From Haliotis rufescens (Eukaryota), in assembly GCF_023055435.1 (NCBI RefSeq), contig NW_025963891.1:7936001-8000000 (forward strand): a stretch of DNA of 64,000 nt, read 5' to 3'. The first letter of the stretch is position 1. Each line of letters begins with the position of its first letter. Shown piece after piece: positions 22,110-33,900 of this stretch. Made by a program: the position numbers and the translations under genes. Under the pieces are notes generated by a model. That model worked only from the letters and a program-made list of their open reading frames with translations. It did not search any database and had not been told where the DNA came from.

Positions 22110-23250
22110 GACGCAAAGGCGAGATTGACATTTAGGAACGGAAACGTGTCATAGCCATGATTGAAGTTGGCATGACTACAAGGGCCACAGCAGCCAGGCA
22201 GTACATTACAAGACTGAACCAACGATTTTCAGCAGACAGGACGTACCAGAGACCGACCACGCCCAGGGTAACAACGTGTGACAACAGCTAGGGAAGACCG
22301 ACAGATTGTGATGGCTCATCGAACACTTCCGGCGTCCAGAACAACAGCTACCATCGTAGGTCGACGAGGAGATCCACTGGTTTACGTGCCTGTCGTCCTC
22401 ATGTAAGCCCAATTCGGACCCTAAGGCACCGACATGAACTACAGTGGTCGTTGAGGCACAGACAATGGTTACTTCGACGCTTGTATGGCGTTCTCTTCTC
22501 CGACGAATCCAGATTCCACCTCAGGAACGCCGATGGACGTATTCGGGTATGGCGTCGCCGGGTCGAACGTTATCACGATGCTTGTATTGTGCAGACTGAT
22601 CGATGGGGTGGCGGAAATGTGAGGTTTAGGGCGGTTTCAGTTTTCGGCCCAAAACACAGCTCCGTGTATGCATAGGTCGTGTTAATGCAGTTTACTACAG
22701 GGGCGCCATTTTCAAACGTCACGTTGCCCCCTGTTTCAGTCAACACAAAGAGCTGCATACTTTCCAACAGGACAACGCCAGACCACATACAGCACGTGCT
22801 TCTCAGGACTTCCTGGCACAGAGTAACGTACCTGTTATGCCATGGTCTGCATTATCTCCCGATCTATCGCCCACCGAGCTCTTGTGGGACTATATGGGAC
22901 AGTGCATTGCACGTCGACCTCAAATCGCCAGCGATTGAGAGCTCGCACTTGTCCTGCAACGTGAATGGTGTAGGATACCACAAGTTGTTATCCAGAGACT
23001 GATAGTGTCCATGAGAAGGCGTTATGTGGCATGCATTGCGACCGGGGGCGGTCATACCCGATAATGACTTTGTCTTTGTACGCCTTGTATGTTCCATTTC
23101 CTCTATATTAAAATTGTGTACATTTCAATGACACTTGGCATTACTATTGTGGAACTAAGTTATCTGAGAATGATTGTAGTACACAGCCAACACCATAAAA
23201 TTGGTTTAGTGTCAACTTTACTTTTTACCCCTGGTGCGTTTTCAGTATAT
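22110..23250 (+). mobile_element. Decayed Tc1/mariner transposon
   Basis: Fragments VLFSDESRF, RWGGG, FQQDNARPH, SPDLSP..LWD and GGHTR across frameshifts. A further minus-strand IEHLWD fragment lies at about 21620-21640. Confidence 0.75.
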
Positions 23251-23571
23251 TAGTAACATTCATTATATTAATCTAATGCAGTGAATATGTTCTATCATGC
23301 ATGGCAATAGGAAATATGTTTGTTGGTTTATTATCTGATGATGAAGGTTCAAGCTGATGAATAAAAGAAAATGTCCTGGAACACGTAACCTTCTGAATGA
23401 AGATAGATGTATTTCAAAATAAAATATATATTTTTGTAAACAAACTATGTATGTGATACTTTATGGTTCTATGTCTATTTCATTGACCTGTACCTGTTAA
23501 TCAGGCACACTATGCAAATATTTGACGTTCCATTCCATGCAAGTTATTTGCGCCAGAAACAGTGCAATGCT

Positions 23572-23772
23572 TTTTTGTTTTGTTTTTGTTGTTTAACGCC
23601 GCACTCAGCAATATTCCAGCGATATTGTGGCGGTCTGTAAATAATAAAGCCTGGACCTGACAATCCAGTGATCGACATCATGAGCATCGATCCACTCAAT
23701 CGGGGTACGATGACATGCATCAACCAAGGCAGTGAGCCTGACCACCACGTTAGTCGCCTCTTACGACAAGCA
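23572..23772 (-). mobile_element. SINE (family with LINE-like head)
   Basis: Same family as 20325-20592. Confidence 0.75.
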
Positions 23773-24973
23773 CAGTCGATTTGTATGAGATACAAATTGT
23801 TTCACAGCCTCTGTTACTGAGGTAATGGAGTAATTATATATAGGGGAAAAACCGCATAAGGCTGTTCAGATATCCTGCATGAACATAATAGTAATAACCC
23901 AAATGTACGTGTCTGATTGGGTTACACATTTGGCACAACAATTCCAGGAAAGAGATGTTGTTAGACCTCCGTGTGAACGCACATTCAGCAAATCCGGTGC
24001 GGCCTCTTCTTTGTTTAGGAATATGTTGGCCCCCATCTTCGCCCAACGGAGTCTCAAACAGGCGGTTGATGCAATGAAAATAGCAAACAGCAACGGCAAC
24101 ATTGCAACAGTGTGATGAATGCATATGTTCCCACTTTATTCCACAGACTTGTAAAAAGCCACATTCCCTATGAAAGGGTAAAGATAACTTAACATAAATA
24201 AAAGCCACAAAACCCTCTCCATAATTACAAGAAATCTTAAAGCAGTGCGATTCCAACTATATCGAGCATGTCTTTCCTAATCAATTTAAAAAAGTGACAC
24301 CAGGTGTTCGCAAAAAGGTTTGCGTACCCTGTCCACCGGTGGAACCCCACACAATGTTAAGACAATGATACAATATTTGCAAAGAAAATAATTGTTTCAT
24401 ATCCAAAAAGCATAATATTTTTATTCTTAATAATTAAAACAAATTAATGACATATACAAGTCTCTATGGTTATGTTTAAAAAATATATAACATATTCATA
24501 GAATAACCACTCTCGATTAATTAGGCGTGAAAGGCAAAATAGAGGTGAATCCATATGAATGGATCACTGAAATCCAGTGATGAAACCAGTTGTTTGAAAA
24601 ACATGGAAAACAGAACACTTGATCTTACTCCATGATGCACAAAAAGCATATTTCAATAACTGATAATACTTTCGTTCTTCGGTATTTGCTGTGTGTCAAG
24701 GTGGTTCACACATTGGAAGATAGGTCAACAGTATTCACAGTATGCTACAGCGGCATTTTAGTAACAACACAAACCGTTCTTACAATTTTAAATTTTCTAG
24801 CAGGTAATGATTGAGGCTGAAGGTCAAGGTCCTTCAAAAAAGAAGAAGCATTATTCATGTTTTTTGTCGCCGATTTTCCTGGGCAAGAATGAAGGCATCC
24901 TCTCAGCTGTTGTGAAATAGTTTTAGTATTTCTGAAAAGAGCTTTCAAAATCATTCACTCACATCAATAATCG

Positions 24974-25005
24974 TGAGTGAGTGAGTGAGTGAGTGAGTGA
25001 GTGAG
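24974..25005. repeat. (GAGT)n microsatellite, probably a minus-strand retroelement tail
   Basis: Perfect GAGT run; paralog at about 59607-59643. Confidence 0.8.
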
Positions 25006-26319
25006 AGTACTTTCAACAGTATTTCAGTTATATCTGTCAGCAGTATGAAGAAGGAATGCTCAGGGGGATGAATGTCTTAGAAGTTCATAGTCCTTGGTGA
25101 AACTGGAAGCATGGGTACAGTGCTGACAAACTAAGAATAATAACAGGGCAAATCTGCCCTGATCATAGGATTGATGCACACCTAATGATTGCAACTTAGC
25201 ATTAGAAGGTGCAATATCTTGGGTGACTGGCCACCCATATCCCATGGGAAGAATCTGACAACTGAACTCACCCACAGTGAATTCATTCATGGCAAATAGC
25301 TGCAGTGGCCTAAATAGTCCTGGGTCAGACACCTCAATCATGTATCACACTCCAAGGCACTGACATCTAAACTAGACAGCTTTAGAAAGCACAAGAGAGA
25401 TCTTTATTGTCATCAAACTTCTGTTTCCTAGTTACCAACAACATAACAAAACACAGATTTAAAAAATTTTGAAGTTAACAATATCTATGGAGTTTTTCAA
25501 CTCCGCCAAATCACAATTGCGATGACATGACAGAAGAAAGCCTGACATTAACAACACTTCAAGTCAATCTTGTCACTGGACTAGACACGTGTATGTGTTC
25601 CAGACAAATGTCATAAGGACCATAAATTCAAGCAACTTGTGCCATAATGAACACAAGCTCTTACGAGTTTGGAGAAACAGATTTTGGTCCAAACAGTTAT
25701 TTTAAGTGAGGTATGTTTTAATAATTGACTATGCAAACAATATTCTATCTTGAACAGTGGAACAGTGCAGTTAGTAATATAAGAGAATCTGAATTGTTTT
25801 GAGCTTTTGTTTTATTAAGTTAAATTAATTCACAATACTGTAAGAATTCCATGCCAATAAAGAGTTCTCACTGACAAAGTGACATTAAATATATGGATTT
25901 CAAACCAACATTTTTTCTTGCCTAGTTAATTGAACATATTGGCACAGGCATGAAGTTTGATGATGTTACAAGTATCGCAACCAAAGGCAGCAGTGACATG
26001 GGTTATTTGTTTCACTAAATATTAACTGTAAATCAGATTCCATGAAGATACATAACGACATTTCCTTATGCATGCAATGGCAATATCGAGGGCGTTGGTA
26101 ACAGGTCCAGTCCTCGAAATTCACACTTACGTGATTAGTTCATTAGTTAATCTTTTAGAAGATGTCGAAGCCAGGGCCGCATGAAGGTAGCAAAGCAGGA
26201 CCTTTTGCGAATTAATTTCGATGATTTGCTACCTCTACTTAAAAGTTATATTCCTTTATGCCTATGAGATTCTAAAATGATATAATTAAAACTGAAAAAG
26301 GTATTAAAAACCAAAGAAA

Positions 26320-26900
26320 ATGATCTGTTTCTCTTTGCATATGTATTGGAATTTGTTAAATTGTTAACGACTTTAGTTAAATCAATGAAAGGACGCGTTG
26401 CCAATAAGTGCAACCTCAGTTTAAGATATATGAATGATCTAATTACTTTCAGCAATGCCAAGGTAAATGGGTATGTTCACCTCATCTATCCACCATAGCA
26501 GTCGGAAAGCAACGAAACAAAGACAAAGGAGAAACCATATTCAGAGTCGAATCTGGATCTGTGCTCAGAAATGCAAACTGATGGCACCCTCTGTACAAAG
26601 CTGTACGACAAGAGGGGTGGTTACAGATTCCAAACATGAATTTCCCCTTCATGTTGAGGCATACAGCATCAGCTCCATCTACAATTTTCAATTGCTTTGG
26701 TAATTTTAATAAAGCATGTACATTTTATTTGATGATGATTTATATGGAAAAGGTTGATTAATGGACAAAAGGGACATGGTACGATGAAGAGCGGATGTGA
26801 ATTCCCCCAACAAATTTACGAATTTACGAAGCACAGCACAGCTTAGATTATTCTTGTAATAGTCAGCTTCAAATACTTCATGGTACCAGAAGAATTATCG
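26320..26900 (+). mobile_element. Decayed Penelope-like RT relic
   Basis: RYMNDLITF..GYVHLIYPP and KLYDKRG readings, typical of the Penelope RT YxDD and thumb region. Confidence 0.6.
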
Positions 26901-27295
26901 GTATTGTAATGATTACATTGGACAAACGACGAAGACTACACGCCACACAATAGGAACACTCAATTAACAATTAAAGGTTGTTTTGTATTCAGAAGGTGTA
27001 TTTAGACATACATTGTTGACTAAAATGGATATTGGGGTTTTGCAATAAATGACCTTGCTTATTGAAAGTCATTGTACTCTGATGGCATAGACCATGACAT
27101 AAAGTCATGTTAAAGCCTAATAATTTAAAGACCGATTTTATGTAAAATTAAACTAAATCAAGAGTCAAGGAAAACTTACAGAATCAGAAAAAAATCATCA
27201 ATTCATGTCGACAGATAAATGTTTCATCTCAAACAAAAACATACATGAAACTCCTGACGATTGAAAATAAACCAATTCTTTCACTTTCATAATTA

Positions 27296-27580
27296 TGAGT
27301 GAGCGCGTTTGGTTTCACACCGCTTTGATTAGTGTTCCAGTTACATTACGGCATATCAGCTGAATGTGGGAGGAACGCCCGAGATGATGCACGTCTCAGA
27401 CGTTTATAGTTTTTTGTGAAACCCACAAGAGCCGGGTATGTAGCTGACAGAACTAGAAATATAATCTGGGCAAAACACTCGTGGATTCAACCCACGATCA
27501 TAGGTTTCTTGCGTGCCCAAGGGACACAGCTCTGCACAGCAAATTGCGGCGCCTTAGACTACGGGAACACCCGTGACCCC
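27296..27580 (-). mobile_element. tRNA-derived SINE (same family as 15048)
   Basis: Reverse complement contains gtctaaggcgccgcaatttgctgtgcagag; paralog at 55336-55616; absent beside gene C. Confidence 0.7.
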
Positions 27581-27741
27581 TTACAATCATTGTGTTCGTA
27601 TTTAAATTAGATAAACAATTAAGCATTTACAGATCAAGTTGGGAAGGTGTGGCATCGAGGTCTTCGCCAATAGAGGGTTATGTATCCATGAATTGGTTCA
27701 TTTTGGATTTCATGCAATAATAGTAAAAGATTTTTACCTTT

Positions 27742-28926
27742 TCAAATGACAAGGGCAAAGAAAATAATACCACAACCAACATTAAGCAGAAAGAATAATT
27801 TAAGACACAGAGCATCAACTGCAAGTGATACATCTTTCCAGGTGACCACTGTATTGCACTTCTTCTGATCAATGTCTTCAACTGGATCGTCCTGTTCATC
27901 AGATTCCATTGCATTCATAGGCGGATTAGGAATAACATATTTCCAAAATGTGACATAATTCTGCAACACTACAGGTACATCTCCCGTTCTCTGATGGATC
28001 TTAAGAATGAAAACTGATATTGCCACAGTAAGGGAGCTGAGAGTGAGGAGCAGGGTCATGTAGATGGTGAGGTAGGACGTCTGTAGGGATGTCCTGGGCA
28101 TGTTGTTGCTCATCTGCGTCAGAAACACGCAGAATGAGAGGAGAACCGTCATGGAGAGAGACACTTTATCCCCGTATTGTATAGGCAGAGCAAAGACCAC
28201 GGAGCTAAGGAGGGACAGAAACATGACAGGGACGATGAGATTGAGGACATAATATGACGCCCGACGCTGTAAGATTGCTGTTACAACGATTTCAGGAAAT
28301 TTGTTATCAGCTTTAGCGGATGACAAAGTTTTAATCTTCCACAGTCCATTCACATTAGTTGTAACGGTACTGCTGTTTTCATCAATTGAAGGTATGAAAC
28401 GAGCAGATGCGTTCGTGGTCGTCCATGTGGCGAGATTCAGATGACATGTCTGGGTATCAAATGGAAAATGTGTAATGTCAAAGTCACACTGACTGTGATA
28501 GAGGTCGCCATGGATCCATTCTACCATTCCAGAATGATGTACACTAGCAGGCGCGTTCAGATTGTTCAGCAGCTTGCGCTCTTCAACTGTGTTCATGAGC
28601 GTTATGTCGGGCATCCATATATTTTCACTTGACATACAGATCATCTCTATCCCTGCATAATCCGAAATGTTCCACCTCAATGAATCATCCCGCCACTTAA
28701 AGGAAAACCATCCATTTGTGATCATCGATTGTTGCCTCTCATTAAGCTCAGTAATTTGCGACAAAGTAAATCTTACGTCTATATTCAACCTGGTTTCACT
28801 TGGAAAAACTTGCGGCTCATAGTCATCTTGCAAAAAATGAAGAAGTCTCTTCTGTTCTTTGATGCTGGTCCCTCCACATAAACAAATCAATGTAGTCAAG
28901 CAGATGAAATGTTTGAAGATCACCAT
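27742..28926 (-). CDS. Intronless atypical nAChR-like subunit, paralog B (394 aa)
   Basis: Complete ORF colinear with A; distinct loop E (ASVHHSGMVEWIHGDLYH) and M2 (SFCVF). Confidence 0.95.
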   Translation of the reverse strand: MVIFKHFICLTTLICLCGGTSIKEQKRLLHFLQDDYEPQVFPSETRLNIDVRFTLSQITELNERQQSMITNGWFSFKWRDDSLRWNISDYAGIEMICMSSENIWMPDITLMNTVEERKLLNNLNAPASVHHSGMVEWIHGDLYHSQCDFDITHFPFDTQTCHLNLATWTTTNASARFIPSIDENSSTVTTNVNGLWKIKTLSSAKADNKFPEIVVTAILQRRASYYVLNLIVPVMFLSLLSSVVFALPIQYGDKVSLSMTVLLSFCVFLTQMSNNMPRTSLQTSYLTIYMTLLLTLSSLTVAISVFILKIHQRTGDVPVVLQNYVTFWKYVIPNPPMNAMESDEQDDPVEDIDQKKCNTVVTWKDVSLAVDALCLKLFFLLNVGCGIIFFALVI

Positions 28927-29991
28927 TGCTACCTATTTATATATGCATCTGTACTGAATACCAGACCGAGAGATGTTCGATAGGAGAAATGCTTAACACT
29001 ACTGAATAGTATTTCAGTTATATCAAATCGTGTCAGCTTAATGTTGAAGGAACACCCTGAATTGAGATGAATTTCCAAGATGCAAATACTCGATAAAATC
29101 CCGGAAATAGACACACACATAGTATTTATCTTCTAATTACAATAAAACTAAAACTTACATACCACTGGACACTTAATCACTACTTACATATTTCACTGGT
29201 ATGTATATTTGTAATATTGACCTTATCGGACATGTGTAATGCAGTTCAAATATAATCAGTCCCCCGCCGTGATATTGCTGGAATATTGCTAAAAGCGGCA
29301 TAAAACCATACTCACTCACTCACTCACTCAAATATAATCAACAAAACTCTTCCATTATTCATAAGAAATCTCTGCAAAAGGCAGAGTCGATTGTAAGATT
29401 ACGACTATGTCATGAGCATGTGTTTATTAATCCCTAATTGTGATGATACCAGGCGTTCGCGAAAAGGTGAGCGTATCCTTCCTCACTGGTAGTGGCACCA
29501 TCACAAACACATGCAAAGGCAGGTCAATTGCTCGCATGAAAAAACACGGGAACATGTGGCACAATTGTGGACATTATTCTTGTCACTCATGCGTCATATT
29601 TTGAAATGTGCTCTACGTGTCTACCATAAAACTGTTTGAAAGCTTTCTTAGGCCTTGAATGTTCTTACGTTGATCAAACAGCTTTGAAATGAAATGTCTT
29701 CTTAAAACAGAGTCCACTGTATTATTCCGACTATATCATGAGCAGGTATTGACGAATCACTATCAAATAGCGATAATGCCAGGTGTTTCCGAGAAAGTGA
29801 GTGTACCCTGAAACATACCTTAGGCTTGCTTCGTCCAGGTTTAAGTATTTTCACCGTATGCAATGGCTGTGTATGGAATTGAACGCTTTGATAATGACTG
29901 GTATAAACGAGATACAAATGAAATGTTACTAAGAGAACCATAGTACCTTAGAATACAGAAGATTGCTTTTGATCATTAATCATTCTGGGAA

Positions 29992-30263
29992 AGGGGGCCC
30001 AGTCGTCTAAGGCGCCGCGATTCGCTGTGCAGAGTTGCACGCCAGAAACCTATGATTGTGGGTTCGAATCACGGTTCGCCCCGATTATGTTTCTAGGTTT
30101 GTCAGCACCATACCCGTGCTCGTGAGTTTCACCGAAGTGGTAAACGTCTGAGACCTGCATCACTTCGGGCTTTCCTCCCACATTAAGCTGACACGCCGTG
30201 ATATAACTGGAATACTGTTAAAAGCGGCTTTAAACACAACTCACTCACTCAATCACTCACTCA
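29992..30263 (+). mobile_element. tRNA-derived SINE (15048 family); second partial copy at about 30585-30760
   Basis: gtctaaggcgccgcgattcgctgtgc, GGTTCGAATC, (ACTC)n tail. Confidence 0.8.
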
Positions 30264-30862
30264 GTTTGATAGTTCTCTATATCATTAGACTCCTATAAAC
30301 CAGCCAGGGGCCTCGTTCAATGTGTTCAGCATGTCTCTTGGATATATATTTATTGCTATTTTGTTTCATATGCACTAAGTTGTAATTCTTATACCCTGAA
30401 ACATGCCTTGTATACATAATTTAGTACTGCTCCTATTTGTGCAACACCTGTATTTGAAAATATTAAAAAGGGGGGGGGGGGGGGGGGGGGGGGGAATTGT
30501 CTCTTGGTCAGGTATGAATGCTAGAAAGTAAGAGGATATTGGGGTTGATTCTAAACATTAGCCTAGGGTTATGACAAGGACCCTTCCAGTGGTCTAAGGC
30601 GCCGCGATTCGCTGTGCCCCGATTATGTTTCTATGTTTGTCAGCACCATACCCGTGCTCGTGGGTTTCACCGAAGTGGTAAACGTCTGAAACCTGCATCA
30701 CTTCGGGCTTTCCTCCAACATTAAGCTGACCCAACTCACTAACTCACTAAATCACTCATTCTTAGAAAATGTGTTTTCAGTGTTTTGTCTTGTCTTGAGT
30801 AAATTGAAGTGCTTTGATCTTCAAAATATGAACTATCATGACAAAATTGTCAAAACATTAGT

Positions 30863-30920
30863 GGCACTCGTGAAGAGCAACCTCCCCGTGGTGAGTGCTT
30901 GGTAACGCTAATAGCTCTTC
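30863..30920 (+). ncRNA. Candidate minimal HDV-like self-cleaving ribozyme at LINE 5' end
   Basis: P1 GGCACUC/GAGUGCU (G1.U wobble), P2 GAAGAGCA/U(A)GCUCUUC, P3 ACC/GGU, L3 UCCCCGU, J4/2 GCUAA; P4 essentially absent. Confidence 0.7.
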
Positions 30921-33900
30921 CCTCGTGTGGAACCGAGGTAGAATTTGTCCACAGCACCCCATTGCTGGTCGTAAAAGGCGACCAAATTGGGCAACCCGTT
31001 TGCCGTGGGTTGCGCCCCTGTGTCGGTGGAGGACGGGATTCTGGTGGTTGATGGCACTGGAGCCAGGAACAGGTGTTCCTTTTGCCAAACTTACCACTTT
31101 GACCCTTACTTCACCTAGACGGGTGGTTGAATTGGCCCGAATCAAAGGAAATAAATTGTTAATCATAAGATATGATTATGTTATTAATGCCAATTTATAT
31201 TTTGCCTAGAGTCTTATGCCAGAAGGCGGTGGTACCATGGGCCAATCTGGTGATACGGACCGCTGAATTCTGTGTTTTTATAGGAAAATGCCATGGGCCG
31301 AACCAGCCTGACATTTGTCCTTTTATTAACAACAGCTTTTCATGTCTTTATTTCTGGAGTATAACACCCCTGTAACCCTGGTGTTCCAGACTGGTTTCCA
31401 CTGTGGCACTGTCCTTGTTGACACTCGATGGCGAGTGCGGAGCAGGGGTGCTGAAATATGTTCTTACAACATGGCTTTCAATCCTCATTCTGGTTCATCT
31501 AAAACAAACAAACGCAGGCATATAGATTCTCTTTCATCTGATGAAGATGTCCCTTCACTTCACAGGTAACTGACTCATGGCCAAGGTTCATTGTCATCTC
31601 ATCAGTTGATAGCAATCAACCCAAAAAAACTCAATCCTTTTGCAATCTCAAAAGGAATACAAAGTATTTGTGGGGAAGTAAAGAACGTCATACGTTTACG
31701 ATCTGGCTCAATCCTTGTGGAATGTGATCGGAGGCAGCAATCTGTTAATCTGCTGGGTCTCCAGCAGTTTGTTAACACAAAGGATGTAGTTTCTGAACAC
31801 AAATCCCTGAATTCAAGCAGAGGCATTGTGAGAGATCGTGCTCGCTGTCTCGCAGACATGACAGAGGAAGACATTGTAGCTGAATTGAAACACCAAGGTG
31901 TCACTACAGTCAAACGTTTTCCTAGAAAAACTGAAGATGGAAATATTGTAAATACTTAGACCTACCTTTTCACGTTTTCAATTTCAACTCTCCCCAAATC
32001 AATCAAAGCTGGTTACTTTTCCATCGGAATGGAGGTTTATGTTCCAAATCCACTCCGGTGTTACAAGTGTCAGAAATTCGGTCACGGGGCTAAATTTTGC
32101 ACTGCCAAGACAAGATGCTTCCGTTGCAGCAGATCTCATGAAAGTTCAGATTGCACAAATGACATCAAATATGCCAACTGTGACGGAAAGCACTTGTCTT
32201 CATCCAAATCCTGTCCGGTTTTTGAACGCGAAAGTAAAATACTAAAACTTAAATGTACAAACAGTATTTCTTACACAGAAGCAAAAAAGTTACTTTTTCC
32301 ATCCCTCATTCCAAACAATAAAACCTATTCAGCTGCTGTATCTTCCACAAAACCAGCTCCCACAATGTCAACGGCATCTACTCAAACAGACATCTCTTGG
32401 GTACAGGCTGACCTCATAAACCTTGGTGACCAATTGACAACTGCTTCTACAACACAGTCTAAGCCTTCAGAACCAGACAAGATACATGAAATTGAAAATG
32501 TTCAGGGTAAAGCCAATTTGTCCAAATAAAACAAACAAAAAATGATTTACAGTTATTAATACAAGATTTTATACCATCAGTATTTTGTTTACAGGAAACT
32601 TATTTTAAAGATACCGACCAACTCCAGATAAGATAATATAATTCATATAACTATTTCTCTCCTCCAGGACCTAAAGTCACTGGAGGATCTTCAGTATTGG
32701 TGAGGTAGGGTGTTATACATAGCCCCGTTCCTCTAAATACACCCCTTCAAGCTGTTGCTGTCCGGTTAACTGTAAACATTGTATTTACATTATGCTCACT
32801 TTATGTTCCTCCATCTTCTCATCTTCAACAAACTGACCTTCAAGCACTATATGACCAGCTCCCCAAGCCCTGTATCATTATGGGCGACTTAAATGGACAT
32901 AATCCAATTTGGGGAAGTGCTTATTCCAACCGGAAAGGGAAGATACTAGAAGATTTTCATTTGATAACGCTAAAACCTATTTACATCCTGGTACAGGCAC
33001 CTATCCCCCACTTGACTTATCACTTACAACCTCAGATTTACTAAATGAATTCGAATGGTCAGTCCACGACGACCTCTGTGGAAGAGACCATTTTCCAACT
33101 ATTCTTCAAACAATAGCTCCTACTGATAATCCTCCATCATCAAGATGGAATTTCACAAAAGCTAACTGGTAATTGTTCGAGTTACTCTGTACGAGCAAAT
33201 TAAATCCTGATCGTTTTGTTGATGTTCCTGATTCAATGAATGTGTTCTCTGATGAACAAAACAAAAAAGCTGATGAATGTATGCCCAAGTCCTCTGGAAA
33301 TCCACACATTCGTAAACCATGGTTTTATGATACGTGCAAGCAAGCTAGAAAGGCACGGAAGAAATCTGAACATTATTCCCGTCGCCATCCTATGGTGCAT
33401 AATTTAAATAAATTCAAAATTCTAAATGCTAAAGCACGGCGTACATTTAAGCAAAATAAACGTATGTCTTGGCAAGCTTACGTTTCAAAAATAAATTCAC
33501 GAACGCCGATGTCCAAGGTATGGAACATGATCCAGAAAATCAAAGGTAAGGGATATAAATCTGGCATTCACAATCTAAGGAATGGGAAATGAGTTGTTAA
33601 CTGATAAATCTGATATTGCAAATAAACTGGGTGAAACTTTGGCCAAACACTCTTCCTCTTCCAATTATGTGCCTCAATTTAAGAAATACCAAAAGCAGCA
33701 GGAAAAGAAAACTATTCATTTTAATTCAGATAATGGGGAAGATTACAATGAACAAAATACTGCCTTCGGACAATCTCACGATACTGCTACTGGAGCTGAT
33801 AACATACATTATCAACTCCTGAAGCACTTACCAGAATCATGTTTACAATCACTGTTAAATATTTTGGATGAAATTTGGACGTCAGGACGATTTCCACCGT

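Larger units (their letters stand above)
20766..24102 (-). pseudogene. Probable ependymin-related spliced gene remnant
   Basis: First exon MLPLLFAIFIAST (D copy continues LAAAPCCTDRLFE). Exon 20766-20932 is bounded by ttttcag and gtaggc and reads DDAV..ESYLGFGVNTIPFTTWQFLAPG...CIPIFDSLFVTLQG with a 1-nt frameshift. Family assignment is my pattern recognition only. Confidence 0.5.
18060..25820. repeat. Segmental duplicate unit (gene A plus upstream) paralogous to about 55780-60450
   Basis: Long colinear identity, e.g. 20040-20899 with 57670-58520 and 23899-25820 with 58515-60450. Confidence 0.85.

Noticed and set aside
25060-25341. 93-aa ORF conserved at 59696-59977
   Set aside because: Conservation is explained by the recent segmental duplication; no recognisable domain.
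30858-31209. 102-104 aa ORFs on both strands at the LINE 5' end (also 44736-45087)
   Set aside because: Non-ATG or antisense frames over a GC-rich structured UTR; identity reflects duplication.
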